Part shown: in pieces, positions 28,336 through 44,551 of the stretch
Numbering within the stretch: position 1 is the first letter of the stretch
How the letters are laid out: each line of letters opens with the position of its first letter
DNA from: the human T2T-CHM13v2.0 reference genome, Homo sapiens
NCBI RefSeq assembly: GCF_009914755.1
Contig: NC_060927.1
Strand: one strand, 5' to 3'
DNA length: 64,000 nt
Program-made: the position numbers and the translations under genes
Notes under the pieces: generated by a model
The model's input: the letters and a program-made list of their open reading frames with translations, nothing else
What the model was told of the DNA's origin: nothing
The model's database searches: none

Positions 28336-29008
28336 TTAAAATATTTTGCCAACAGTCCTTTAAGTCTGTTACAAGAATAAGGGCAGTTGAAAGAAAAAAT
28401 AATAATTTAATTCTGTGGATTTACATATTTTTTTAAGATAGATAAACAGTAAAGTGATTTCAAATACAAATTTATGGTAGGGAAAGATTTAAAATAGAGA
28501 ACATATTTCCAAACTTCCCTTCTATCCAATAATGGATTAAACTACAGTTAGAATTGAAAAGTTTCATTTGTTGACCTAAGGAAAGAGTAGTCGGAGGGGC
28601 AGGGTGAGAGGAGAGCTACAAACATATTCTAATATACATGTAATTTAAAAGTAGTAGAGAAAAATAAACTTCAACATTTTTATTCAGTGAAAAAATAAAA
28701 TCTACTAAAAACACTTAAAAGTCCACATTTTTCAATGCTAATATATGTTGTTAATGCCCTAAATATGTAAATATGTAAACAAAGTTGTGATAATGCTATA
28801 AGAAAATAAACGTGATCTCGTGTTCATGATCTTGTGCATGTGACCACGTGATTTAAATCAGCCTTTTCAAAATAAAAATACCAACTTAAAATTTAAACAA
28901 ATGGCTAGCAGCCAGAAAATGACCAAAAATATGATTTCTTCAATTTTATAATTAAGCTGCAAAAGGAAGAAAAACAAACAAAAAAACCTCATAGAACATA
29001 TTCCTTAC

Positions 29009-29194
29009 CATCAGTTCAGGTGATATGATATCTCTCGGGCCCTGATATGGATCATCACTGGATGCAAATGAGGCAAGTATTGACAAACCATTAAAAACCT
29101 GTTGATAGTGTTCTCCAATACGCAGCAATAATTCATTATGCAATCCTTGGAAATCTTGTCTCAACAGGCTCCCCAGTTCAATTTCTGTTTCATT
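29009..29194 (-). CDS. ATR: ATR exon 16 (186 nt)
   Basis: NETEIELGSLLRQDFQGLHNELL...ISPELM; AG/GT bounded. Confidence 0.96.
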
Positions 29195-29670
29195 CTAACC
29201 CAAAGACATGTTAAAAAAAATTTTTTTCTTCATACTAATATCCTGGAAATAAGTATACTGATTTTAACATGCTATTAGTACATCAGGAGCTCTAGCCCAG
29301 ATGACAGGATTTATTAAAGGTATTAAGAAAAGGCATTGGAAAAGATTCTAATCTTATTCTATCCTGGTAGGTCTCCCATGGATTATATGTAATGAAGAGA
29401 AGTGATCCAACTTTATTTAGAAATAAAATATTAAAAAGCAAGTCCTAGTTTTCTCTAAGGTCTTATAATATCATCAACTCATTATTGGGGACACACAACC
29501 CTGGGAGGAAATGTAGTATAGTGGCTTATAGCAGTCTTTCTGTTCAGATTGCTTTAGTTTAAATTCTAGCTGTCATTTATCAGATATGCTGACTTGGACA
29601 AGTTACCTAATCTAACCTCACTCTGCCTTAGTTCCTTATCTATGAAACAAAACAAAAAAATAGTACCTTT

Positions 29671-29971
<301 letters not shown>

Positions 29972-30762
29972 TTAAGAGTACCTTTATCTCATTGGGTAAC
30001 TGTGAGGATTGCATGAAATGATCCATATCAATTGTTTAGCTCAATTTCTGACATGTATTAAATACTCCATAAATACTTATTACTATCATTCTATCTCCAC
30101 AATATACAGTCGAATAATACTTTCTCAAGATGAATAAATACATTTGATATTCACTAACTCTCGTGGAAAGAGATGTGCTGCTGGCATATATTATGAAACA
30201 AATTAAGTAAATTAACATCAGAGAAAACAGTAAAGTTATATGCATATTTCTCATAGTTTTCCTGTTCCCATGTAGTTTCATATTCCTCAGAGATATTTTG
30301 TTAATATGACACCAAAAAAAAGAAGCACAGGTTATAATTTTAAATGTAAAAACTACCAAAAACCTGGACCAAATTGTAATCAGAACACCAAGTAACTAAA
30401 ATATAGACATTATACTACATTTGAAGGTGATTGCCTCTTCCTATGGATATAATTAAGTGTGTATCATCAGTCAACTTATAACTCCAATCAACTGAAAAGT
30501 ACTATAATGAAATAGGCTGAGAACCTCTCCCATGAAAGGATGCCTATCATATCCCATTATGGTGAAATGATCAAAGAAAACAAAAGGAGAATTCTATTTA
30601 ATATGCTCTCAGGACAAAGATTATTTAACATAACAACATTTAAACTTACATTCTTCTAGGATAGGCTATAATTTACTCACCCTCTTTCCTAGAAGAATGT
30701 TACATCTTTCCTATAATGCTAATTTATATAAAAAAGTAAAATATATAGAAATATTCAATTAC

Positions 30763-30957
30763 CTTCAGATAATGAAGGGCACGTTCTAATTCATCTTTGG
30801 AACAAGAACAGACCAAATGAGAAAAAATATATTTGAAGTTGTTTATTAAAATCTCTCTACGATTGACATTTAATTGTTTTCCTAAAGTTCGAATGAGAGC
30901 AGAAGCTGCAGGGCTTGCTTTGGCAGCAAGATCAGGTAGTAGAACTTGTAATGTCCT
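30763..30957 (-). CDS. ATR: ATR exon 15 (195 nt)
   Basis: RTLQVLLPDLAAKAS...ALHYLK; AG/GT bounded. Confidence 0.96.
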
Positions 30958-31415
30958 CTGAAAAAGAATGCAACAATTACCAAAAAGTACATTTGTCTGG
31001 GTGAAAAAAATATTCACATAAGCTATGTGCAAAAATATTTTTAAATGCCACACATATTTGGAGTCCACTCCATACTATAAAATATGTAATAGTAGATCAT
31101 TTATACCACTATAATTTTATACTTTATTATTCCAACACCTTAGAAGCAGAAATGATCATATTAGACTTTGAATTGCCAACGGAACAAATCATAGCACCAA
31201 AGACATAAGGGCTCAAATAGCTAACTGAATTGATTAGCATTATTCAATTAGTATTAACTTTTCAGGACAGCTAACCATAAAGAACAATGACTCAAATCCA
31301 CTTAAACTTAAGTTTTACAGCATAAGCAATAATCTCATATCAAAGTCAAAATCTAGAATGGAATGAACAAAATACTGAATTGCAAACCTCAAGTGAACTA
31401 TATGTTGCAACTTAC

Positions 31416-31586
31416 AGTAAGAAAACGATTAAGATCAGGAAAGTCGAAAACGTTGGCAATTTCAGACAACGTATTTAAAGCCATTTCTCTCTGGTGAGCC
31501 ACATCTTGTTTTCGCACGTCAGCATTCTGGCATGGAGTATTCGGAAGTGCTGTCATCTGACTAGAGTGAAGGGATTCTACCAAAAA
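31416..31586 (-). CDS. ATR: ATR exon 14 (171 nt)
   Basis: FLVESLHSSQMTALPNTP...DLNRFLT; AG/GT bounded. Confidence 0.96.
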
Positions 31587-32050
31587 CTAGAGCAAAAACC
31601 ATTTTATTGTGAGTTTTCACACAAAGAAGAAATTTTAACTAATACTTTTTAAGCCACCATAGAGGGCAGTATCAAATAGTATTCTACATTATCTGAATTG
31701 GTCCATTCAATTTTTATAACAACCTTAATGAGGTAGACTATGTCATAATCTGCCTTTCACAGATGACATAATCAGACTTAGTTAAAAAACTTGAATATCA
31801 TGCTAAGGATTATACCACAAATAAATTCAGTATTTTAGCATAACCTAACTTTTCAGCCATTAATTGAATATATTTAAAACAAAGTGTCATATAACATAAT
31901 ATCAAGGTGTAAAACAGTTTACTATCACTAAAAAGTCTATACACCATTATAAGATGATTTCCTTCCTCCCTCATTTATAACCTGTATCTTCAGACCAATA
32001 TCCTAAAATATAAAAATGGCAAGATTTCAGTTATAGTAAATAAACTATAA

Positions 32051-32750
<700 letters not shown>

Positions 32751-32770
32751 ACTTTTAAAAAGCAAGCAAA

Positions 32771-34411
<1,641 letters not shown>

Positions 34412-34510
34412 AAAAGCAAGCAAAATAAAACATGTATAAATATTCTTCTTTTTTGTAACTCTTAAAAAGTACTGCTGTTGCCTATAGTCCAGACAAACGC
34501 TGACTCTTAC

Positions 34511-34682
34511 CTGACAGATGGGTTTCTTATACTGGCTGAAAAAACTTTGCAGTTTAACACTTTTAGCTGCAACCAGAGCTCTAATTTCTGTGTATGCTGC
34601 TCCAGAGACAGATGCTGACTTGGATAACAAACAATGCAATAAGTGTAAGAGTGCAAATGGTACCAAATCTCCTTTTGCGGCC
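34511..34682 (-). CDS. ATR: ATR exon 13 (172 nt)
   Basis: tttag|GGCC...TGTCAG|gtaag; AAKGDLVPFALLHLLHCLL...KKPICQ. Confidence 0.96.
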
Positions 34683-34718
34683 CTAAAATTAAAAACAACA
34701 TACATATGAATACACAAA

Positions 34719-34752
34719 CACACACACACACACACACACACATACACACACA
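34719..34752. repeat. (CA)n microsatellite = (TG)n on the ATR sense strand
   Basis: (CA)12 TA (CA)4. Confidence 0.95.
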
Positions 34753-34923
34753 TATGTATCTCCAATATCCCAGAAACAAACGGAAATCTACAAATAAATT
34801 CATGTTGACTCACATTTTGTCTATAATATCACAAATATCATATCACCATTTTTAACAGCAAGCAAATAAAAATGGAGAATGGCCAAAATAAATAAGGAAG
34901 AACACAAATGCTGCCAAGTATAC

Positions 34924-35024
34924 CTTCCAATATCCCCTGTTGTAAGAATCAAGGTATCCTTCAGCTCATTATTTCTTGATATTTGGGCATGTGTATATGC
35001 TTCCTTCATTCTTAAGACAAAAAG
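34924..35024 (-). CDS. ATR: ATR exon 12 (101 nt)
   Basis: LFVLRMKEAYTHAQISRNNELKDTLILTTGDIG; preceded by an 84-nt intron 11. Confidence 0.95.
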
Positions 35025-35108
35025 CTAGAACAATAAAATTAACTGGTTAAAGAAATTTTTAGAGCTAGGTTGACGTAAACTCAAATGTTAAAAACAAAAA
35101 TTATCAAC

Positions 35109-35299
35109 CTCCTTTATAAATCCATCTTCAGAGTCCAAGGATTCCAATATGTGCTTGATATTTCCACTAAAAGCCACTCTAACATCTTTGTCTGGATCTT
35201 CCATTAAATTTAATAAAGTTCCAAGAACTGCTTTTACATCTGTTTCATCTTCTCTAAAATCAAGATGCTTACAAAGATGATGTAGATTATCTATGAAAG
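35109..35299 (-). CDS. ATR: ATR exon 11 (191 nt)
   Basis: ttcag|CTTTC...AAGGAG|gttgat; FIDNLHHLCKHLDF...DGFIKE. Confidence 0.95.
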
Positions 35300-35511
35300 C
35301 TGAAGGACAAGAGTATACAATACCTAATTTAACATATTAAATGTCAAGGTTGTACTGTAAAAATATTGTCAACAAATAATATGCCATGAAGAATCCTAAG
35401 TTCTCTTATAATGTCAATGTTTCATATTTAAGTATGTATAGCACACAGAATTTTAGGAAATTAAAATGGATACTTATAAATTAAAATTACTTTATATTTA
35501 ATAAATGTCAC

Positions 35512-36593
<1,082 letters not shown>

Positions 36594-37160
36594 TTACAAG
36601 ATTTAGGGAGTACTTTCTATTGCTTTCAATAGAAAGTTTCTATTGAAACTTCAGAACAAGTTTCAACTTACTACCTAAACAAATGGATCTTCTAAGTATT
36701 TGTATAAATCTCATACTTCATAAAAATTTATACTCCATTACCACTGGAAAGTGGCCAAGAAGATACACTCTATAGTCCTCAGTTGGGCAAAGTAATTTAA
36801 CTATTTGAAGTTCTCAAGGTCCAAGGTTGTAACAGGGGGCACATTAAGACGATCTCTGGTATCACTAAAGAAGATAATCTAATATTGAATCTTACAATAT
36901 TGAAACAACCATCAGGTATGCCCCATTTAGGCTGTCAAATCACAAGAGTATTCGAAAAATCCCAAAATCACCTCTCCTACCAGTTTTGTGATGCGATCTA
37001 ATACCAGTTATCCCATTTATAACTAATCAATACTGAGCACTGAATCTATAAAGCATGTAACTTCCTGTAATTTTTCAAGGCTTCAGTCTAATTCTTTTAC
37101 TGATTTGAAAAGCAGAGCTTAAATAGGTTTTAAAGTATTAAATAAGTCATAATCACTCAC

Positions 37161-37423
37161 CAAGTTTTACTGGACTAGGTATTTTTTTTTTCAGTAGGAA
37201 AAGGAATGGCTTGCAGACAGAAGCTTTTAGTTGAGAAGATGAACATTCATGTTGAGAAGTGGCTTTCAAGTTCCTACAGAAGAGGTCCACATGTCCGTGT
37301 TCAGAGAAAGGTTCTGTTAAAGAACTTGTCAGATAAAACATGCCGTGAAGAGTACAGACAAGTTGACCAAGTATAGAAGCAAATTCTTTCTTGACAATGT
37401 CAGAATCATCTTTGACTTTATCT
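37161..37423 (-). CDS. ATR: ATR exon 10 (263 nt), with coding A10 run
   Basis: cccag|AGAT...CTTG|gtgagt; DKVKDDSDIVKKEF...LLKKKIPSPVKL. Confidence 0.96.
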
Positions 37424-37666
37424 CTGGGGAAAAAAAAGAAAAAGTACTAAACTTTCTTGCCTAATTTTGTGGTCTAAATAGTCTTGCTTAATTTGGGACA
37501 AAAGTACTGGTAAAACAAAGCCTAGAAGGAAAAAATGTTAAATTCTAAAACTAAAAGCAACATTTGCTTTACATATTCAACAATAAACACAACCCTGCAT
37601 ACATAGCCAGACAATTATGATCTTTCCAATAGAGTGATATATTCAAATTAAAATCTTAGTACATAC

Positions 37667-37859
37667 ATAAGAATCTTGGGAACTCTGTTACAAGAATTCT
37701 GCTGCTGCAATAAGATAAAAAATCCACTAACACAACTAGCCCGGATTACTTCATGGGAGCTCTGCAGGGCCCAGTTGTAAACTGCTGTTCTCCACTCAAG
37801 GAATATTCTTCTTGGAAACAGAGTCAGAAGAAACACACATCGTGATTGTGCCTGTGGTG
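37667..37859 (-). CDS. ATR: ATR exon 9 (193 nt)
   Basis: ttcag|CACC...CTTAT|gtatgt; PQAQSRCVFLLTLFPRRIFLEW...VPKIL. Confidence 0.96.
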
Positions 37860-38342
37860 CTGAAAAAATTAAGTCTATTAAACAAGATTTCTACTAATGT
37901 TAATTTTATGTATACACATATACATATATATAAGTAAAGTAACATTTGTGTATACATATATATAAATAAAAGTCAAGTAACACTTAAAATACATTTAATA
38001 CCTAATTTAATTAAAAGCTCCTTTTCAGAAAATAAAGCAAGTGCACTGAAAAAGGTCTATACACAACCTTACTAAATAATCAAGGAAATGCAAATTGAAA
38101 ATCATACCTACCAGATAGGAAAAAGAAAAAATTTAAGATACTTAACTCCATGACATTTTTTATTTTCTAGATAGCAAAAATTTTAAAGTCAGCTAAGTGT
38201 CAGTGAGGATGTGGAACTCATACTCTGCTAACAGGAGTGTAAACTGGTGTATCTTTGGAGAACAATACAGCAGAATAGAGGTGAAGATGTGCAAACTCTA
38301 TAACCCAACAATACTACTCCTAGGTAGGTAAAAACGTTAAAA

Positions 38343-38570
38343 TAATGCTTCTCAAACTTTAATATGGATATGAATCACCTATCTTGTTAAAATGCAGATT
38401 CTGATCAGTAGGTCTGGGTGGAGCATAAGATTCCCCATTTCTTTCTTTCTCTCTCTTTTTTTTTAATGTGCTCTTTCAGCAGAATCAAAGACGCTCCATT
38501 TCTAACAAGTCCCTAAATGGTGGCGATGCTACTGGTCTGTGGAGCATACTTTTCAAACAGCAAGGACTTA
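38343..38570. mobile_element. MER5A hAT MITE nested in an L1ME fragment
   Basis: CTTCTCAAACTTT...TTGTTAAAATGCAGATTCTG...TTTCTAACAAG. Confidence 0.7.
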
Positions 38571-38916
38571 GAATGACTAAAGAATCATTTATAAAAATAT
38601 TCATTTAAATGTTGCTTGTAATTGTGAAAAGTTGGAAACAACTTGATTGTCCACCAATAGGAGGTCTGATAGTGTCCATCCAAATTTGGCTACTATTTGG
38701 AAGTTTAAATAAAAACTAGAGTTACCCATATCACCATGGATAAGTCTCATAAAGATAGTGTTGATCAACAAAATGTAAGCTGTAAGAAGCAAAACAATTT
38801 CTTATATTATTTATAAATAAATACATATATAGTAAAAGTAATAGAACATTCAACAGAACAATCAACACCAAATTCAGAACAGTAGTAATCTCTGGGGAAA
38901 AAAATGAGGGGAATGA

Positions 38917-39216
<300 letters not shown>

Positions 39217-39524
39217 TAATGTTTCTATTTCTTAAACTGAGAAGTTGGTATAAGAATTTTTGGTATATTGTTCTTCTTTTTAAAATATTTCTCAAATACT
39301 TCCTAATTTTATTAAATGAAGATAATGATATGTAAGGACACATTGCAAATGTTTTACAAAAAGAAAGGAAATGGGATATGTGGGGCAGGCTTTTATGTGT
39401 TACTTTTTATGTATCTAACCCCCTTCTGAACTATTAAAAATGTACCTGCTCTTTTAATTATTGAAAAAAATATAAATAAGTCTTAGAAGTCCTATATAGA
39501 GATGAGTTAAAACAAACCACACAA

Positions 39525-39810
39525 GGCCAGGCATGGTGGCTCACGCCTGTAATCCTAGCACTTTAGAAGGCTGGGGCAGGTGGATCACTTGAGGTCAGGA
39601 GTTCGAGACCAGCCTGGCTAACATGGTGAAACCCCGCCTCTACTAAAAATATAAGAATTAGCTGGGTATGGTGGTGCGCACCTGTAATCCTAGCTACTCA
39701 GGAGGCTGAGGCAGGAAAATTGCTTGAACCTGAAGACGGAGGTTGCAGCAAGCCGAGATTGCGCCACTGCACTCCAGCATGGGCGACAGAGTAAGACTCC
39801 GTCTCAAAAA

Positions 39811-39873
<63 letters not shown>

Positions 39874-39875
39874 AT
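39525..39875 (+). mobile_element. Alu with (AAAT)n(AGAT)n tail
   Basis: TSD AAAACAAACCACACA; compound tetranucleotide tail 39808-39875. Confidence 0.93.
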
Positions 39876-39911
39876 AAAACAAACCACACACACATTCTTG
39901 TGAGCACTTAC

Positions 39912-40064
39912 AATAGCTATCTGAAATCCTACAGCTTAATGTTAGAAGATTAGCGGCAAATGTGGTCAACTTTAAACAGCCATCATCAGAATGGGAATAA
40001 ATCCATGGAAGTGAGAGCATACCACATAAATCTTCCAGGATATGATCTTCAAATGAACTGTTTA
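39912..40064 (-). CDS. ATR: ATR exon 8 (153 nt)
   Basis: gtag|TAAAC...CTATT|gtaagt; NSSFEDHILEDLCGMLSLPWIYSHS...SDSY. Confidence 0.96.
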
Positions 40065-40538
40065 CTACAGAAGCACAAAATAAGTCATTAATTATAACTT
40101 TTCCTTAATCATATCTCTTTTAAATAAAAATAAAGACATTTGAAATACTATCATAATGATCATTGGATAAGCAGAAATTCTTAACACAGAGATCTATAAA
40201 CGATGGTCTGAGGTCTGTGAACCCAAAGAAATTAAATGTGACTTTATAAAAACATGTTATCTATGCCTGTTTTAAAGAAGAATCACGGCATTCCTCAAAC
40301 TCCCAAATTAAAAAACTTTGAAGTTATAAATAATTTCTATTGACTAAAGAATCAAAATATTATGCACATAAATTGGCAACTCAGAACTTCTATTATTGAC
40401 AAATTTAATAGAACTGAAATCAGGAAAAAACTTCTGAGTATTCCAAACACGCACTTAGGCTTCAGGCAAAAAAGAAAGCATATTTCTATACTGATTATCT
40501 TTAAAGGTTATTCTGATCTGTTGCTAATTTGTACTCAC

Positions 40539-40729
40539 CTTGCATATAAATCAAAGCATCATAAATTTTCACCACCTTATCAATGGTTGCCTCCAGGTCC
40601 AGTTTCTGAACAGATTCTAACAAACTTCTACAGCTCTTAAGCACTTTTGTGTAAAAATCCAATGACATCCAAGTTATCACTACAGAAGGTTTCTTCTTGG
40701 ATTTATGTTGACAGTCCTTGAAAGTACGG
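40539..40729 (-). CDS. ATR: ATR exon 7 (191 nt)
   Basis: ctgcag|CCGT...CAAG|gtgagt; RTFKDCQHKSKKKPS...LIYMQ. Confidence 0.96.
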
Positions 40730-40945
40730 CTGCAGTAAGTACATTTTGTTAAAAACATTGGAATTAAGATGAATTTTGTTATAGTCAAACATAAAATTGT
40801 AGTAAAGCCAAAAGAAATTGTGAGTACGAAATTTATCTATAACAATTTAAAGTAAACATGCAAATCAAGTAATATGTTATTACTATTTTAAGTTGAATCT
40901 ATTTATGTCAGCTTAAATCACCCTTAGGATTTGGGAACCAAATGA

Positions 40946-41185
40946 CTTTGGGAGCCTGAGGTGGGAGGATCACTTGAGCCCAGGAGTTTGAGACCAGCCG
41001 GGCCAATATAGGGAAACCCATCTCTACAAAAAAAATTTTTTCTAAATTAGGGTGTGGCGGCACATGCCTATAGTTCCAGCTACATGGGAGGCTCACTTGA
41101 GCCCCGGATAGAGATCAAGGCTGTAGTGAGCCATGATCATGCCACTGTGCACCAGCCTGGGAGACAAAGCGAGACCCTGTCTTCA
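40946..41185 (+). mobile_element. Alu (J-type, 5' partial)
   Basis: Alu motifs in intron 6. Confidence 0.85.
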
Positions 41186-41550
41186 ACAGCCAAACACTGG
41201 GTTTTGAGTTGTACACAAATGTGTTCTGGTACTTTCTAATCATGTGTCCCCAGGAAAGTCAGTTTTGGCTTCAGACAAAAAAGAGCCTCAGTTTCTCTGA
41301 GTGTCAGTTTCTAATTTTTAAAATAGGCATAATAGCCTTTACCTTACAGGACTATTGTAAATATTAACTAAGATATATACAGTGCTTAGCACCGTACCTA
41401 GCATTTGACTCAATAGAAAATAAATTTATTAACTACTTCAGTGAAAAGTTTGTGTTCTAAGGTTACATGAGTCAAGTGAATAATGAGTAAACAGTAAATC
41501 CAAGTTCATTACAGGAAACCCAACCCCAAGAAACAAGAAGTTTGTTTTAC

Positions 41551-41742
41551 CAGTTCATGTTTTGATGAGAACAATGAACAGTACACAGAGCAGTCAGTTG
41601 TAAGACAACAGCAATTCCTTCTAACATCTCAATAACAGGATTCTTTAGGCCACTGTATTCAAGGGAAATCTGAAGGGATTCAGCTTTCTGTTTCAGTGCA
41701 CTCCATAATATGCTCTTTTGGTTCATGTCCACATGTTTAATT
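41551..41742 (-). CDS. ATR: ATR exon 6 (192 nt, in-frame skippable)
   Basis: tatag|AATT...AACTG|gtaaaa; IKHVDMNQKSILWSALKQKAESLQ...HQNMN. Confidence 0.96.
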
Positions 41743-41819
41743 CTATAATTATGAATATAGTAGAGAGATATTCATATGCAATATAAATTTGGTTAAAACA
41801 TGAAACATATTTAGAATAA

Positions 41820-42147
<328 letters not shown>

Positions 42148-42530
42148 TGAAATTTATACTAAGATTTAAAACAATTAAAACAATGTTCAGAAGTAACTGA
42201 AATATGGCAACTTAGCCACTTTATAAAAAATAGTTGGTTAATGTTTTAAAAATTGCTAATAGATGCACAGTCTCAAAGATTTTTCACATATTAAAAAGTT
42301 AAATTAGATAAGCATATAAAAACATGCAAAGTAACTATATTTAACCATGAAATGTTTTATACTACTAACCGTCTACAATAATTATAAAAATATTTTAAGC
42401 ACTCCCTTGGCTACATTTAGAAAGATGTTCTTTGTGTATTTAAATCAAAGCACTTAACTAAAGCTGATTTTTAAAAGTGAACAAAGTTTTATTTAATGGC
42501 TAAATACAAACTGAATGAAGGTCATCATAC

Positions 42531-42709
42531 TCCTCAGTCTGTTTTGGTGCTCTTTTAGAAGGGTTTAGAGACGAGCTGAGACGACGCCTTTTGGGTGATA
42601 TTCCATCACTATTACTGCTGAGGTTTTCCTGTTGAGTTTGGCATTGAATCTCCTCAATGATTTCCATACTTTCCATTTTCAAAGCTGCATAAAGTGGGCC
42701 CAACAAGTA
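42531..42709 (-). CDS. ATR: ATR exon 5 (179 nt)
   Basis: YLLGPLYAALK...DGISPKRRRLSSS...QTE; contains the S428-P429 and S435 motifs and a basic cluster. Confidence 0.96.
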
Positions 42710-43519
42710 CTGAGAAAATAAAAAATAATTTCCAGAAATATTCCTTAGAAAATATATTTATATTATTCATAGGCAGCAAGAATGTATTAGATGTTAGGTG
42801 TTTTCTAGTGAAACTACTTTTAGAGTCTCATAAAGCAAAATAAACATCTAAATTGATCTATATTATTTAAGTCTATATATAGACTATGGTTCTATAGTCT
42901 TAGAAGGTTTAAACAAATCCTTCTCTCTACATCCTGTTTTTCCTCTTACCAAAATGCTATAAATTTTAATTCCCTTATAAAAAATTCTGTAAGGGAATTA
43001 CCAACTTTCTTCATGTAACTTTAATCCAGCAAGATTAATAAACTAAAATATTTAATCAAGTTACTGCATCTCTGATGATTTTATTGTATTACCTGACTCC
43101 CACAGTCCAAATAGAAAAAAGCGCATAATTTGGCATGATTAATCATTCATAGGTTTTCTAAAAGTGATTGATTATAACTTGTCAGACACATAATCTGATT
43201 GACCAAAGCTTCTGCAATTAAGTTGGTAACTGCCCCCTTTTAATTAATAATGCAACAAATACATTTACACTTCACAGATTCTACTTAGAAACATTCTACT
43301 CCATTGGCAGTTCATTACCAACTTAATGAACAAATCCTTCTGAAATCAAAGTAAAAGTCCATAATAGTGAGCCAGACTACACTATGAAAATCATTATGTT
43401 CCAAATATAAATTACTATTAAAGATATTCTATTTTCTTATTATTACATTTTGCACATATGTATACAATTAAATGATGAACAAAATACATACTTAACTAGT
43501 AACCTGAAAAATTACTTAC

Positions 43520-44397
43520 CTCTGCATCTACCTCAATTCCAAGCACATCCAAAAGAGCTTTACAAATATTTCTCACATAGACCTTCCTGACTTGTAAAGC
43601 AGATTCATACCCAGCTGGCACAAATTTAAGGAAATACTGCAGTAAATGGCACAAAGCTGCTTTTAGCAAATCAGACTTAAGCCGCATGAGCACACCGTCT
43701 TCAAACATGACACAGAGTTTTTCCAGCAGCATATTTAAATAGACAGGTTCAATATTTCTATAAGCTTCTGCTTCAAAGGGAAATAGTGTCTTTATCAGCT
43801 TTGATAATGGCTCTTCATAGAGTTTCAATTGGTCAGTATCCATTTCTACAAGGTGTTTTAATAATTCCAAAAATGAGCTGAAAAAAGTGCTAGCTGGTTG
43901 TGCTGGTAGTCCTCCAAGCTGAAAAAGTTCTGTTAAAAAGCTAATTGCTAGGGATTTAATTTTTGGACTACCATACTCTAGCAGAACACAACCTATCTGC
44001 CAAAGTAAGAGTTCTTGCCTTCTAAAAAACACAATTGCAATAATACGAGTAAGAACCATTAATAAAGTGACTTCAATAAATTCTAAATTTTGCATACTCA
44101 TCAACTGCAAAGGAGCTGATTGTAAATATCCCATGTGTTCATCTAATTGACTTAAAAATCGGCTCATGACCACTGGCCATTCCACAGCATGACCCATCAC
44201 ATTTCTTCTATGGAGGTAAACCAAGTCTTCAAAAAGTTGTAATAATTCTTTTGTGAGTACCCCAAAAATAGCAGGACTCTTGCTTTTAAAAAGAAATAAT
44301 AATGAACAGATGACTTCACAGATTTTCTTGTGTAACAAATGACAGGAGGGAGTTGCTGCAATCCGCAGAAGTCTCGTTATGATCCAATTACTGAATT
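43520..44397 (-). CDS. ATR: ATR exon 4 (878 nt)
   Basis: aag|AATTC...GCAGAG|gtaagt; FSNWIITRLL...GIEVDAE (ORF 43496..44338); codon 211 is ATG (Met) at 44057-44059. Confidence 0.97.
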
Positions 44398-44551
44398 CTT
44401 TGAAATAAACAAAAAAGATATTAAATAAACAAGTATATCCGAAGTGCTAATTCATTTGCTAAATCCTTGACGATTGACTTTTAAAGAATAAACTTCACTA
44501 ACAAGAGTGTAAAACATTCTCTTCACAATGGAAACATAATAGTTTAGAACA

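Noticed and set aside
28200-28340. snoRNA or miRNA-like hairpin
   Set aside because: Explained by MER85 TIRs and TTAA TSDs
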